From contig CAZRPN010000001.1 in NCBI GenBank assembly GCA_964601905.1, forward strand, positions 33,251-97,250: 64,000 nucleotides of DNA, in the 5' to 3' direction. Position 1 is the stretch's first letter. Every line of letters starts with the position of its first letter. The position numbers and the translations under genes are program-made. This DNA is from an uncultured Haliangium sp. Lineage in GTDB: Bacteria > Myxococcota_A > Polyangia > HGW-17. The notes below the pieces were generated by a model. It was not told where the DNA came from. It saw nothing but the letters and a program-made list of their open reading frames with translations, and made no database searches. Positions 1 through 8,335 of the stretch are shown one piece after another.

Positions 1-389
1 GCCGGAATGCGGCGCAACGGCAGTCCGCGTGCATTCTTCAGGCGGTCCAGCAGGGTCAGCACCTGTGTGGGATCGGCCGGGGCGCGGTCCCAGGCCGGAT
101 TCTCGACGATCCAGCCGTCCTTCTCCGTCACCAGCCGGGTGGCGGAGTCCGGCCACTGGATCTCACCGATGCGATCGGCGTTGAGGAACACGAAGCGCGG
201 TTGGGTGGGGGAGCTCGTACGCCAGAAGAGGTAGAGGGCGCCGACGACCAGCACCGCGCCATAGAGCACGGCCCGGGTCCAGGAAAACGCCCCCGGAGCG
301 GGCAGGTTCGGGGAAAACCGGAGCTCCGGCGGCCCGGCCGTCGCGGGTTCCGTGTCTTCGGTGGGTGGTTTCGTGGTTTCTTCGGTCAT
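1..389 (-). CDS. Partial gene running off the window start; membrane-anchored hypothetical protein, possibly the DUF4340-like partner often found next to GldG-type ABC permeases. ATG at 389-387 overlaps the upstream permease stop as ATGA
   Basis: My own reverse-complement translation from the ATG at 389: MTEETTKPPTEDTEPATAGPPELRFSPNLPAPGAFSWTRAVLYGAVLVVGALYLF... It stays open to the window edge. One TM segment. A 4-bp overlap with the permease stop at 386-388 suggests coupling. It is absent from the ORF track because it has no stop in the window. Confidence 0.45.
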   Translation of the reverse strand, partial: MTEETTKPPTEDTEPATAGPPELRFSPNLPAPGAFSWTRAVLYGAVLVVGALYLFWRTSSPTQPRFVFLNADRIGEIQWPDSATRLVTEKDGWIVENPAWDRAPADPTQVLTLLDRLKNARGLPLRRIP

Positions 390-2518
390 GCTCTTCGCCT
401 TCTGGCCACCCACAGCCCCACCGCGAGAGCGAACAGCGGCCACAGCAGCAGGGCAAAGGTCTGAATCCGGGTCACCTGGCTCTGCGGCAGCACCAGTTTG
501 TGATGTTCCATCTCGAAGATGGGCATGGACTCGTCGTTGGGTTCGGCCGCGACCCAGCGCAGTTGGGTCATCAGCCAACCCACCGAGGCGTCCGGGCTCT
601 GCCCGCCCGAACTGAGGCGGTCGTTTGAAAACACATCTGAAAAACCGAACAGCAGCACGCGGGTGGGGCAGTCGGCGCCGGACCGGGCCGCCAGCACTGA
701 GGATTTCTCTGCGAGGAGGCGCCCCGTGCCGCGCTCCACCTGGCGGGCGCGCCCGGAGGTGAAGAGCAGGGGTTCGGTGGCCTCGCCCGCGCTCAGGATC
801 ACGGGCCGGGTCAGCAGCAGGCGGCCGTTCTTGCCGGGCCAGGACACGAGGAAACGGCCGGGCTCGCCGGAGCGCACGGCCAGCTTCGCGTCCTCGGCGA
901 CGGCGCCGGTGAAGCCCAGGCGGCAGGCCTGCGCGGTGCGCGTCCAGGAAGCCGGCGGCGCGTTGTACTCGTGAGTGGCCAGCACCAACCCGGTCCGTCC
1001 CTCACGCAGGGCGGCGGTGAGGTTTTCCTCCTCGGCGGACATCAACTCCGCCTGGGGATCAGCCGCGAAAACGAGCCTGCAGTCCGCGGGAACGGGTGAG
1101 AGCAGGTCGATCTCCCTGGCCAGGATGCCCGAAAACTGGATCCCGGCGGCGAGCCGGCTCAGACCGCCGGACCGGGAGTCGGTGATCAGGCGCTCCTGGT
1201 GACCCCGCGTGAAGCACCAGGCAGCCTCATCGGGGCGGGCCAGCCGCGCCAGCGCACGGGCCAGCGCCGACTGCAGCGCCACCCCGTGGAACACGATGCC
1301 GTCCTCGCGGATGTCCATCACGAAGAGATCTGAGAGCCGGATGACGTGATGTCGCACGGCGGTGGCGGCGACGAGGCGGCCTTCGAGGATCCCGGTGGTG
1401 TCGGCCTCCATCGCGGGGAGGCTCAGCCCGAAGCGGACGGCCAGCGCGGCGGCGCGGGGACCCGATGACGCAGCCGCGATGCGCTCCCAGCGAAGGTACG
1501 GGCTCTTCCTGCACAGCCGCTCCAGGTGGACCTCCAACTCGGGTATGGGTGAAAACGGTGCTCCCGCCGAGGGGCTGCCGGTGAAAAGATACAGCGTGAC
1601 GGGCTCGGCGATCTCCTGAATCCGGCGTTCCAGTCGCGGATCGAGCTCGGAGCGGCCGGTGACGTCCCAGGTCCATCCCAGGCGGAACACCAGCGCGAAG
1701 CAAAGCGCCGTCAGCAGGCCCCAGGCCGCCAGATCCGCCGCCATCCAGCGACTCTTCCGGCGCAGGCCGGAACCGAGTATCCAGCCAGCACCTGCGACTC
1801 CGCCCAGGATCAGCGCAAGCAGGAGCGTCATGTCCCTCAGATGCACGAAGCCCCTGGAGAGGCGCTCGAGCACGTCGAAGAAGTTGAAGGCGTCGAGCAG
1901 GCGGATGAGCCCGGGATCCCGGACGATGCCGAAGGATGGGCTGGTCATGATCTTCACGAGCACGAACGCGAACAGCACCACGAAGGTGAGCATGCCCGAG
2001 AGCCGGGTGTCCGACGTCAGGGAGGAGAAGAACAGTCCCACCGCGAGCGCGGCGCCGCCGACGAGCAGCACGCCGGCATAGCCCGTGAGCACGGGACCGG
2101 CCGGGACCGTCACCTCGGGGGGGAGGATGATCCAAAGAAATACCAGCAGCGGAAGCGTGGCGGCCCATAACAGCGCCCAGGTGGCGAACATCCCGAGGTA
2201 CTTGCCCAGCGCGATTCCGCGCGGTGTCAGCACGGAGGCCCTCAGCGCGTCGAGGGTGTTCTGTGAGCGCTCCTGGGAGATGGCGTTGTGGGACAACTCC
2301 ACGACCACCAGGATCAGCAGCGGCCAGAACCAGAAGGGACCGCCGAAAAACGGGGCCAGCAGGGGACCCGGCGGGGACAGCGGATGCTGGCGCAGCGCCA
2401 GCGTGACCGCGAGCACGATGCCCTGGTAGAAGAGGAAGAGCGCCGCGGTGAAGTAGAAGGAGGGTGTCTTCCAGGTGTGCCTCAGTTCCTGCCAGGCCAG
2501 CGTCAGGGCGGCTCTCAT
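386..2518 (-). CDS. ABC-2-type permease fused to a GldG-like (gliding-motility-associated ABC transporter auxiliary) domain. Real start MRAALTLAWQELRH... The 845-aa track ORF has a spurious N-terminal extension.
   Basis: Multi-TM N-terminal ABC-2 permease region (FYFTAALFLFYQGIVLAV..., LSHNAISQERSQNTL motif), then a large extracytoplasmic GldG-like region and a C-terminal TM anchor. The ATG at 2518-2516 overlaps the ATPase stop at 2515-2517 (ATGA). Confidence 0.75.
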   Translation of the reverse strand: MRAALTLAWQELRHTWKTPSFYFTAALFLFYQGIVLAVTLALRQHPLSPPGPLLAPFFGGPFWFWPLLILVVVELSHNAISQERSQNTLDALRASVLTPRGIALGKYLGMFATWALLWAATLPLLVFLWIILPPEVTVPAGPVLTGYAGVLLVGGAALAVGLFFSSLTSDTRLSGMLTFVVLFAFVLVKIMTSPSFGIVRDPGLIRLLDAFNFFDVLERLSRGFVHLRDMTLLLALILGGVAGAGWILGSGLRRKSRWMAADLAAWGLLTALCFALVFRLGWTWDVTGRSELDPRLERRIQEIAEPVTLYLFTGSPSAGAPFSPIPELEVHLERLCRKSPYLRWERIAAASSGPRAAALAVRFGLSLPAMEADTTGILEGRLVAATAVRHHVIRLSDLFVMDIREDGIVFHGVALQSALARALARLARPDEAAWCFTRGHQERLITDSRSGGLSRLAAGIQFSGILAREIDLLSPVPADCRLVFAADPQAELMSAEEENLTAALREGRTGLVLATHEYNAPPASWTRTAQACRLGFTGAVAEDAKLAVRSGEPGRFLVSWPGKNGRLLLTRPVILSAGEATEPLLFTSGRARQVERGTGRLLAEKSSVLAARSGADCPTRVLLFGFSDVFSNDRLSSGGQSPDASVGWLMTQLRWVAAEPNDESMPIFEMEHHKLVLPQSQVTRIQTFALLLWPLFALAVGLWVARRRRA

Positions 2519-3225
2519 GATCCCCCTCCGGTGGCTTCTTCCTTCGTCAGATCGAGGAAGAACTCCAGCAGCGATCCCTGGGCGGGGCCGTCGTGCAGCA
2601 CGCGTCCGTGGTGCAGCACCAGGAAGCGGCCTGCGACGCGGGCGAGCTCGTCGAGGCCGTGGGAGGACACGATCACGGCGCTCTTCCTGGCGGCGTCGGC
2701 GATGATCTCGCGCAGGGAGATCTGCTGACGGGGATCCAGACCGAAGGAGGGCTCGTCGAGCAGGATCAGGTCCGGGCTGCCGCACAGCGCCCACGCCAGC
2801 GCCACGCGCTGCCGCATGCCGGTGGACAGCGTGCCGTTGTACCGGTTCGCGAACTCGCCGGCTCTGCACAGTTCGATCAGGCGTTCCACCTCCGAGGTGC
2901 GTGCGCCTCCGGAGAAGCCGCACAGCCGCGCGCGGAAATCCAGCGTCTCCCTCACGCGCTGATCCGGGGGCAGGCCCGTGGGCATGAAACCGACCTTTCG
3001 TGCCAGCCGCTGCGGGTCGGGATAGAGGTCCGCACCGGAGATCCGCACGCTGCCCTCGTCGGGCAGCAACAGGCCGGCCAGGATGCGCAGACAGGTCGTC
3101 TTTCCCGCGCCGTTTTCCCCCAGCAGTCCGAGGGTCTGGCCCGCCTCCAGTTGGAAGGACACGCGGTCCAGCGCCAGGATGCGGCCATAGCGCAGGCTCA
3201 CGGACTGAAGATCGACCAGCTTCAT
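2515..3225 (-). CDS. ABC transporter ATP-binding protein. Real start MKLVDLQSV...; the upstream part of the 410-aa ORF is extension.
   Basis: Walker A GENGAGKTT, Q-loop, ABC signature LSTGMRQRVALAWAL, Walker B LILLDEPSFGLD. The start overlaps the upstream TPR gene's stop (3222-3225). Confidence 0.85.
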   Translation of the reverse strand: MKLVDLQSVSLRYGRILALDRVSFQLEAGQTLGLLGENGAGKTTCLRILAGLLLPDEGSVRISGADLYPDPQRLARKVGFMPTGLPPDQRVRETLDFRARLCGFSGGARTSEVERLIELCRAGEFANRYNGTLSTGMRQRVALAWALCGSPDLILLDEPSFGLDPRQQISLREIIADAARKSAVIVSSHGLDELARVAGRFLVLHHGRVLHDGPAQGSLLEFFLDLTKEEATGGGS

Positions 3226-4091
3226 GGGACCGCGACTCCGGTGTCGCCGGCCAGGGCCTTCTGCCAGAGCGCGCGCACCGTGGGGTCGTCTTCCTTGGCC
3301 AGCAGCTCCTTCATGCGCGCCTTGCCCTTCTCCGCGCGCACCGCGAGCAGGCCGGCCTTCTCGCGCACCGTGGCGGTGGCGTGGGTCAGGCACTTCTCCT
3401 CCTGCGCGGGGGTGAGCACCTCCGAGGGGACCTCGATGAGATAGCCCAGCAGGCGCACGATCTCGTCGCTCTGCTGCTGCTCCAGCGCCGCATCGAGCCG
3501 CTTCTCCACGTTGGTGCGCGCGGTGTCGAAGGCCAGCGCGGCCTCGACCAGTTTCTCCTGCGGTGCGTCGAGCTTCTTGAGCAGGTTCACCATGTCCACG
3601 CGGGCCGCGAGCACGTCCGGATCCAGCTTCAGCAGTTTTTCCAACACCGTGACCGCCTCGCGCAGCTTTCCGCTCTCCGAGAGGACCAGCGCCAGGTTCT
3701 GGTGGGCGAACGGATCGTCCGGGCGAAGCGCGATGACGCGCTCCCACATGGAGATGCTCTCGTCGAAGCGCTTGAGGTGGTAAAGGGCCTCGGCCTGTCC
3801 GGAGAACAACTGCGAGCGCGCCTCGGCCGTCAGCGAGGTCTCCTGGCTCATCTCGTCATACAGTTTCAGCGCCTCCTCGTGCTTGCCGTCGAGCAGCGCG
3901 GTCTCAGCGCGCTTGAGCTTGATCTTGGGCAGCAGCCGCTGTCCGGCACGGGAGCCGGCCAGGGACTTCTCGACGTTGACCGGTTGACGTTCCGGAGACA
4001 CCGGGGTCGGTCCCTTCGAAGGCTCGCCCTTGGAACAGGCGCCCAGCGCCATCAGAGCCGAAATCATCCAGAAATGGAGGCGGTTCCGCAT
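3222..4091 (-). CDS. TPR-repeat lipoprotein, first gene of the ABC export operon
   Basis: Signal peptide with lipobox (MISALMALGAC-S); TPR-like helical repeats (EEALKLYDEM..., AEALYHLKRFDESISMWERVIALRPDD, HQNLALVLSESGKLREAV). Confidence 0.7.
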   Translation of the reverse strand: MRNRLHFWMISALMALGACSKGEPSKGPTPVSPERQPVNVEKSLAGSRAGQRLLPKIKLKRAETALLDGKHEEALKLYDEMSQETSLTAEARSQLFSGQAEALYHLKRFDESISMWERVIALRPDDPFAHQNLALVLSESGKLREAVTVLEKLLKLDPDVLAARVDMVNLLKKLDAPQEKLVEAALAFDTARTNVEKRLDAALEQQQSDEIVRLLGYLIEVPSEVLTPAQEEKCLTHATATVREKAGLLAVRAEKGKARMKELLAKEDDPTVRALWQKALAGDTGVAVP

Positions 4092-4142
4092 GTGTTTTAC
4101 TCACTCCCGCCGCAGTATGCCCCGCCCGCTGGCGCGTGGCAA

Positions 4143-4171
4143 TTGTAAAAAACTGCCGGCGGAGCTATATT
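4143..4171 (+). promoter_or_regulatory. Candidate sigma70-type promoter for the FG-GAP lipoprotein gene: -35 TTGTAA (4143-4148), 17-bp spacer, -10 TATATT (4166-4171)
   Basis: Read directly from the sequence. Followed by a GGAGGAGGAAG RBS 3 bp before the ATG at 4211. Confidence 0.35.
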
Positions 4172-4210
4172 GGCAGGGGTTGAATTGACCCGCGAACGGA
4201 GGAGGAAGAA

Positions 4211-5785
4211 ATGAAAGGCTTCTGGTTGATGGTGTGGCTTCTCGCAGGCTTCGGTTGTTCCTCATCGCACAAGACGCGGGGACACACGCAGGAGCCCCCC
4301 GCCCCCACCTGCACGGTCCAGGGCGAGATCCGCGAGGTCGCCGCGCCGCAGCTGATCCGCACCTATCCGGCCTCCTGGGACGAGAACTGGTTCGGCTCGC
4401 CGGCGTTCGCGGATCTCGACGACGACGGGGAAAACGAGGTGGTCGCAGGGCGTCACAGCGTGCTCTACGTGTGGTCCGCCGCGGGTGACCTTCGATGGCG
4501 CGCGCCGGTGGGAGAGGAGGCGAGCAGTCCGAACGATCACGGCTCGGCGCGGCAGTATGCGGCCCCGGTCGTGGCGGATCTGGACGGCGACGGATACCAG
4601 GAGATCGCCATCGCCTACAGCAACTCCATCGCCGTATACCGGCACGACGGCACGATCCTGCCGGGCTGGCCAGCGCAGTACCCCGATTCGGACAACGAGA
4701 TCCGCTCCATCGCGGCGGCCGATCTGGATCACGACGGCACGTGGGAGATCGCCGTGGTGCGCACCGGCGCCACACCGGTGACGGCCGTGTTCGATCTGCA
4801 GGGCAACGTGCTGCCGGGCTGGCCGCAGGTCGACTGCACGGACTGCTACGATCACGGCGGATACAACCAGAACATCGGGCTCGCCGACATCACCGGGGAC
4901 GGTGATCTGGAGGTCGTGGCGACCTACGACTGCGCCATCGTCGGCTTCTTCACGCGCCAGGGACAGCCGCTGACGGTGAATCCTGAGTTGTCCGACGAGC
5001 TGGTCCCGCAGGTGCCGATGTTCCACGACTGGGCGCTGGCCGTGCAGGGCTGGGGTCCCGACGGCGAGGATCGCGACGAGTTCACGGATTCCCCGCCGGT
5101 GTTCGCCGATCTGGACGGCGACGGTGGTCTCGAGGTGGTGATCTACAGTGACCACGAGCGCGCCGGCGAGTACGTCAACCGCGGCAACTGCCTGTGGGCG
5201 CTCGAGGCGGATTTGTCCCGCGTTCCCGGCTTCGAGTGGCCGATCTGCTCGGGCGGTCCGCTGTACACGGGCTATGAGGACAACATCGTGCAGGTGGCAC
5301 CGGCGCCCGCGGTGGGCAACCTCTCCGGCGACGGGCGTCCGGAGATCGTGGTGCCCTCCTACGACGGCCTGATGCGTGCATACTCGCCCGACGGAGAGGA
5401 ACTGTGGTCCTACGAATTCAACACCCCGTTTGCGTCCTTCATCGGCGCCTCCGGGGCGGTCATCGCCGACCTCAACGGCGACGGCAGCCCCGAGGTGCTG
5501 TTCACGACGTACGCCATGGCCGACGACCGCTCGCACCTGATCATCCTCGGCGCCGGCGGCGCACTGCTGCACAAGGTGCCCATCGCCCTGCGCGGCTCCA
5601 TGAGCCCGCCCACCGTGGGTGACGTCGACGGCGACGGTCAACTCGATATCCTGATCTCGCTCAAGGACACGCTGGGCGCCGGTCTGGGCGGTGTGCAGTT
5701 GTGGACCGTCCCCGGTGCGGGTACCGACTGCGTCCTCTGGTCCACAGGCCGGGGGAACCCCGCCCGAACCGGTCGCGCGCAGTGA
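4211..5785 (+). CDS. Secreted FG-GAP repeat lipoprotein (integrin-alpha-like beta-propeller, about 8 blades)
   Basis: Lipoprotein signal MKGFWLMVWLLAGFGC. Eight FG-GAP/Ca-binding-like blades: ADLDDDGENEVVAG, ADLDGDGYQEIAIA, ADLDHDGTWEIAVV, ADITGDGDLEVVAT, ADLDGDGGLEVVIY, GNLSGDGRPEIVVP, ADLNGDGSPEVLFT, GDVDGDGQLDILIS. Confidence 0.8.
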   Translation: MKGFWLMVWLLAGFGCSSSHKTRGHTQEPPAPTCTVQGEIREVAAPQLIRTYPASWDENWFGSPAFADLDDDGENEVVAGRHSVLYVWSAAGDLRWRAPVGEEASSPNDHGSARQYAAPVVADLDGDGYQEIAIAYSNSIAVYRHDGTILPGWPAQYPDSDNEIRSIAAADLDHDGTWEIAVVRTGATPVTAVFDLQGNVLPGWPQVDCTDCYDHGGYNQNIGLADITGDGDLEVVATYDCAIVGFFTRQGQPLTVNPELSDELVPQVPMFHDWALAVQGWGPDGEDRDEFTDSPPVFADLDGDGGLEVVIYSDHERAGEYVNRGNCLWALEADLSRVPGFEWPICSGGPLYTGYEDNIVQVAPAPAVGNLSGDGRPEIVVPSYDGLMRAYSPDGEELWSYEFNTPFASFIGASGAVIADLNGDGSPEVLFTTYAMADDRSHLIILGAGGALLHKVPIALRGSMSPPTVGDVDGDGQLDILISLKDTLGAGLGGVQLWTVPGAGTDCVLWSTGRGNPARTGRAQ

Positions 5786-5833
5786 AGCAGGAAGAGACTA
5801 CGGAGAAGACGGAAGGGGAGCGGAGAAGACGGA
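5782..5833 (+). repeat. Copy 1 of a purine-rich dispersed repeat family: GTGAAGCAGGAAGAGACTACGGAGAAGACGGAAGGGGAGCGGAGAAGACGGA. The stop TGA (5783-5785) of the FG-GAP gene lies inside it.
   Basis: Near-identical motif at 45361-45468 (+), 46649-46708 (-), 9601-9651 (-) and a remnant at 16816-16835. Confidence 0.6.
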
Positions 5834-5861
5834 CTATCTCATCACGGTCGAGTGAGATTTC

Positions 5862-6095
5862 TTACATTAAAAAATAAACGTTTGTGGAGATCAAAAAAAC
5901 GGACAGGAACAGGGCCACGATGGCCGGGATGTGCTGCCTGCGGGTGATGCGGGCAAAGATCGCGCCCACGAGGGCGGCTGAGACCGCGCAGGAGGCGATC
6001 ACGAGCGAGCTCACGTCGACCCCGCGGGAGTCGACGTAGAGGTAACCCACCGGGCTCAGCAAAAACGACAGGATCAACCAGGGAAAGGGTGTCAT
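5862..6095 (-). CDS. Small hydrophobic membrane protein (77 aa), hypothetical
   Basis: Two predicted TM helices; sits 15 bp downstream of metG on the same strand. No recognisable family. Could be spurious. Confidence 0.35.
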   Translation of the reverse strand: MTPFPWLILSFLLSPVGYLYVDSRGVDVSSLVIASCAVSAALVGAIFARITRRQHIPAIVALFLSVFLISTNVYFLM

Positions 6096-6110
6096 GGCAG
6101 CGGCTCCGGC

Positions 6111-8123
6111 TCAGGAAAGGGTCGCGCCCGGGAACAGTTCCGTCACCGGCGTGAGCACCGACAGTTTTCCGTCGATGTCTTCGGCGGCCAGGATCATGCC
6201 CTCGCTGACGCCGAAGCGCATCTTCCGCGGCTTGAGGTTGGCGAGCACGACGACCTGCCGGCCCACCAGGGTGGCCGGATCGATGTGCGCGGCGAGCCCG
6301 GCGAAGATGTTGCGCTTCTCGCGGCCCAGGTCCACGGTGACCTGCAGGAGCTTGTCGCTGCCCTCGACCCTGACCGCGGTGAGCACGGTGGCCACGCGCA
6401 GGTCGAGCTTGCCGAAGTCGTCGATCTCGACGATCTCCTTGAACGGCGTGACGCGATCGCCCGGGCCCGGCGGGGGGGCGAACTGGGCGCGCGTGTCCTC
6501 GATCATGGCCTCGACGACGGCCGGATCCACGCGGTCCACCAGGCGGTCAAACGGCGTCAGGTGCGACGGGGTCAGCGTGAAGTCCGCGTCGGCAAACATC
6601 CAGGGCGCAGCGGCGCCGAACATCTTCTCGGTGCGCTCCTTGAAGGCCGGCAGCACGGGCCCGATCAGGATCGCCAGGCTCTTGACGAACGCCAGCGCCG
6701 AGGAGAGGATCGCGCGGGCCTTCTCGGGCTCGGCGCCGACGAGCTTGAACGGCTCGGCGTCCTGCATGTACTTGTTGGCGACCTCGGCGATGGCGCAGAT
6801 CTCGCGCACCGCGCGGGAGAACTCGAAGTTCGCATAGTGGGCCAGGATCGAGGGCACCTTCTCGCGGGCGGCGGCGGCCAGCTCGAGGCCGGCCGGATCC
6901 GGTGCTCCCGTGGTTCCCTCGAGCCGCTTGGAAAGCAGGGCGACGCTGCGCGAGGCGAGGTTGGCGAGCTTGTTGACCAGCTCGGCGTTGACGCGCAGGG
7001 CAAACTCCTCGAGGTTCAGGTCGAGATCGTCGGGGCCGGGGCCGAGCTTGCTGGCGTAGTAGAAGCGCAGAAACTGCGGATCCAGATGCTTGAGGTAGGT
7101 GCGGGCCGTGATCGAGGTGCCGCGGCTCTTGCTCATCTTCTCGCCGTTGACGGTGAGGAAGCCGTGGATCTGCACGCGGTCGGGCAGGTTGTAGCCGCCG
7201 GTGTGCAGCATCGCGGGCCAGAAGAGGGTGTGGAAGTAGGTGATGTCCTTGCCGATGACGTGGACGATGCGGCAGTCGGCGCCCTTCTCCCAGTAGCCGG
7301 CGAAGTCGAGTCCCTTTTCATCGCAGTGCTTCTGCGTCGTGCCGATGTACCCCACGGGGGCGTCGAGCCACACGTAGAAGAACTTGTCGGTCTCGCCCGG
7401 AATCCTGAAGCCGAAGTAGGGTGCGTCGCGGGAGATGTCCCACGGGCGCAGGTCGTTCTTGAGGAAGTTCACCTCGAGCCAGTTGCGCATCTCCGGGTGC
7501 AGGTGCTTCTCGTCGGCCACCCACTTCGCGATCTCCGGGCGCGCCTTCTCGAGATCGACGAAGTAGTGCAGCGAAGAGCGACGGGTGGGGTGCTTCTGGC
7601 AAAGCACGCAGAACGAGTCCTTCAGATCGGTGGGATCATAGGTGGCGCCGCACTTCTCGCAGGAGTCACCGTACTGGTCCTGGGCGCCGCAGCGGGGGCA
7701 GGTGCCCTTGACGAAGCGGTCCGGCAGGAAGCGCTTGTCCTCATCGCAGTAGTACTGCTCGACGTCCTTCTTGTAGATCAGGCCGCCCTCGGTCAGGCGG
7801 GAGAAGATGCGTTCGGCGTGGATGCGCGTCTCGTCGGAGTGGGTGGTGTAGAAGCGATCAAACTCGATCCCGAAGCCGGTGAAGTCCTCGAGGTGCCGCC
7901 GGTTGTACTCGGCGACCATCTCTTCGGGGGTGATGCCCTTCTTGCGGGCGTTGACCTCGATGGGCGTGCCGTGGCTGTCGGAGGCGCACATGTACACCAC
8001 GTCCTCGCCGGCGAGCTTCATGGCGCGAACGTAAATGTCGGTCATCAAATACTCGACCAGGTGGCCGATGTGGATGTCGCCGTTGGCGTAGGGCAGGGCG
8101 GACGTGACGAGAATGCGGGACAT
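6111..8123 (-). CDS. metG: Methionyl-tRNA synthetase with C-terminal tRNA-binding (EMAP/Trbp111-like) domain
   Basis: HIGH motif (PYANGDIHIGHL), KMSKS, zinc knuckles CPRCGA/CEKCGA, C-terminal tRNA-binding domain (GKLDLRVATVLTAVRVEGSDKLLQVTVDLG). Confidence 0.95.
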   Translation of the reverse strand: MSRILVTSALPYANGDIHIGHLVEYLMTDIYVRAMKLAGEDVVYMCASDSHGTPIEVNARKKGITPEEMVAEYNRRHLEDFTGFGIEFDRFYTTHSDETRIHAERIFSRLTEGGLIYKKDVEQYYCDEDKRFLPDRFVKGTCPRCGAQDQYGDSCEKCGATYDPTDLKDSFCVLCQKHPTRRSSLHYFVDLEKARPEIAKWVADEKHLHPEMRNWLEVNFLKNDLRPWDISRDAPYFGFRIPGETDKFFYVWLDAPVGYIGTTQKHCDEKGLDFAGYWEKGADCRIVHVIGKDITYFHTLFWPAMLHTGGYNLPDRVQIHGFLTVNGEKMSKSRGTSITARTYLKHLDPQFLRFYYASKLGPGPDDLDLNLEEFALRVNAELVNKLANLASRSVALLSKRLEGTTGAPDPAGLELAAAAREKVPSILAHYANFEFSRAVREICAIAEVANKYMQDAEPFKLVGAEPEKARAILSSALAFVKSLAILIGPVLPAFKERTEKMFGAAAPWMFADADFTLTPSHLTPFDRLVDRVDPAVVEAMIEDTRAQFAPPPGPGDRVTPFKEIVEIDDFGKLDLRVATVLTAVRVEGSDKLLQVTVDLGREKRNIFAGLAAHIDPATLVGRQVVVLANLKPRKMRFGVSEGMILAAEDIDGKLSVLTPVTELFPGATLS

Positions 8124-8138
8124 GAAAACCTCTCTTCG

Positions 8139-8298
8139 GTGGGTGGCGTGGACGCCACTTCCGGTGGCGCGGACGCCACGCCTGGTGGCGCGAACGCCAC
8201 TTCCGGTGGCGCGGACGCCACGCCTGGTGGCGCGGACGCCACTTCCGGTGGCGCGGACGCCACGCCTGGTGGCGCGGACGCCACTTCCGGTGGCGCAT
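8139..8298. repeat. Tandem array of about 7.5 copies of a 21-bp unit GGTGGCGCGGACGCCAC + (GCCT or TTCC alternating, giving a 42-bp super-period). Each unit contains the palindrome GTGGCG-CGGA-CGCCAC. Sits immediately upstream of the metG RBS and start.
   Basis: Directly visible. The units at 8164, 8185, 8206, 8227, 8248 and 8269 are essentially identical; the first unit (8139) is a variant; a partial unit ends at 8298. No spacers, so not a CRISPR. Confidence 0.9.
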
Positions 8299-8335
8299 TA
8301 TAAGGGTTTTGAGGAAGAACGGGAGAAGAAAATGA

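Noticed and set aside
1227-2168. 313-aa minus-strand ORF nested inside the permease gene, and similar nested ORFs (3000-4148 +, 8787-9461 -, 28509-29252 -, 43222-44241 +)
   Set aside because: Alternate frames of confidently assigned genes with Arg/Pro/Gly-rich composition and no motifs.
8139-8298. Possible CRISPR array
   Set aside because: The 21-bp units are directly contiguous with no unique spacers and there are no cas genes; it is a simple tandem repeat.
6285-8303. 672-aa plus-strand ORF antisense to metG. Similar long antisense ORFs occur at 4262-5641 (-), 17004-17951 (+), 18090-21332 (+), 21783-23090 (+), 51319-53772 (+), 59202-60524 (+) and 60915-62699 (-).
   Set aside because: They mirror well-supported genes on the opposite strand and have low-complexity Arg/Gly/Ala/Pro-rich translations typical of stop-codon-poor high-GC DNA. 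No domains recognisable.
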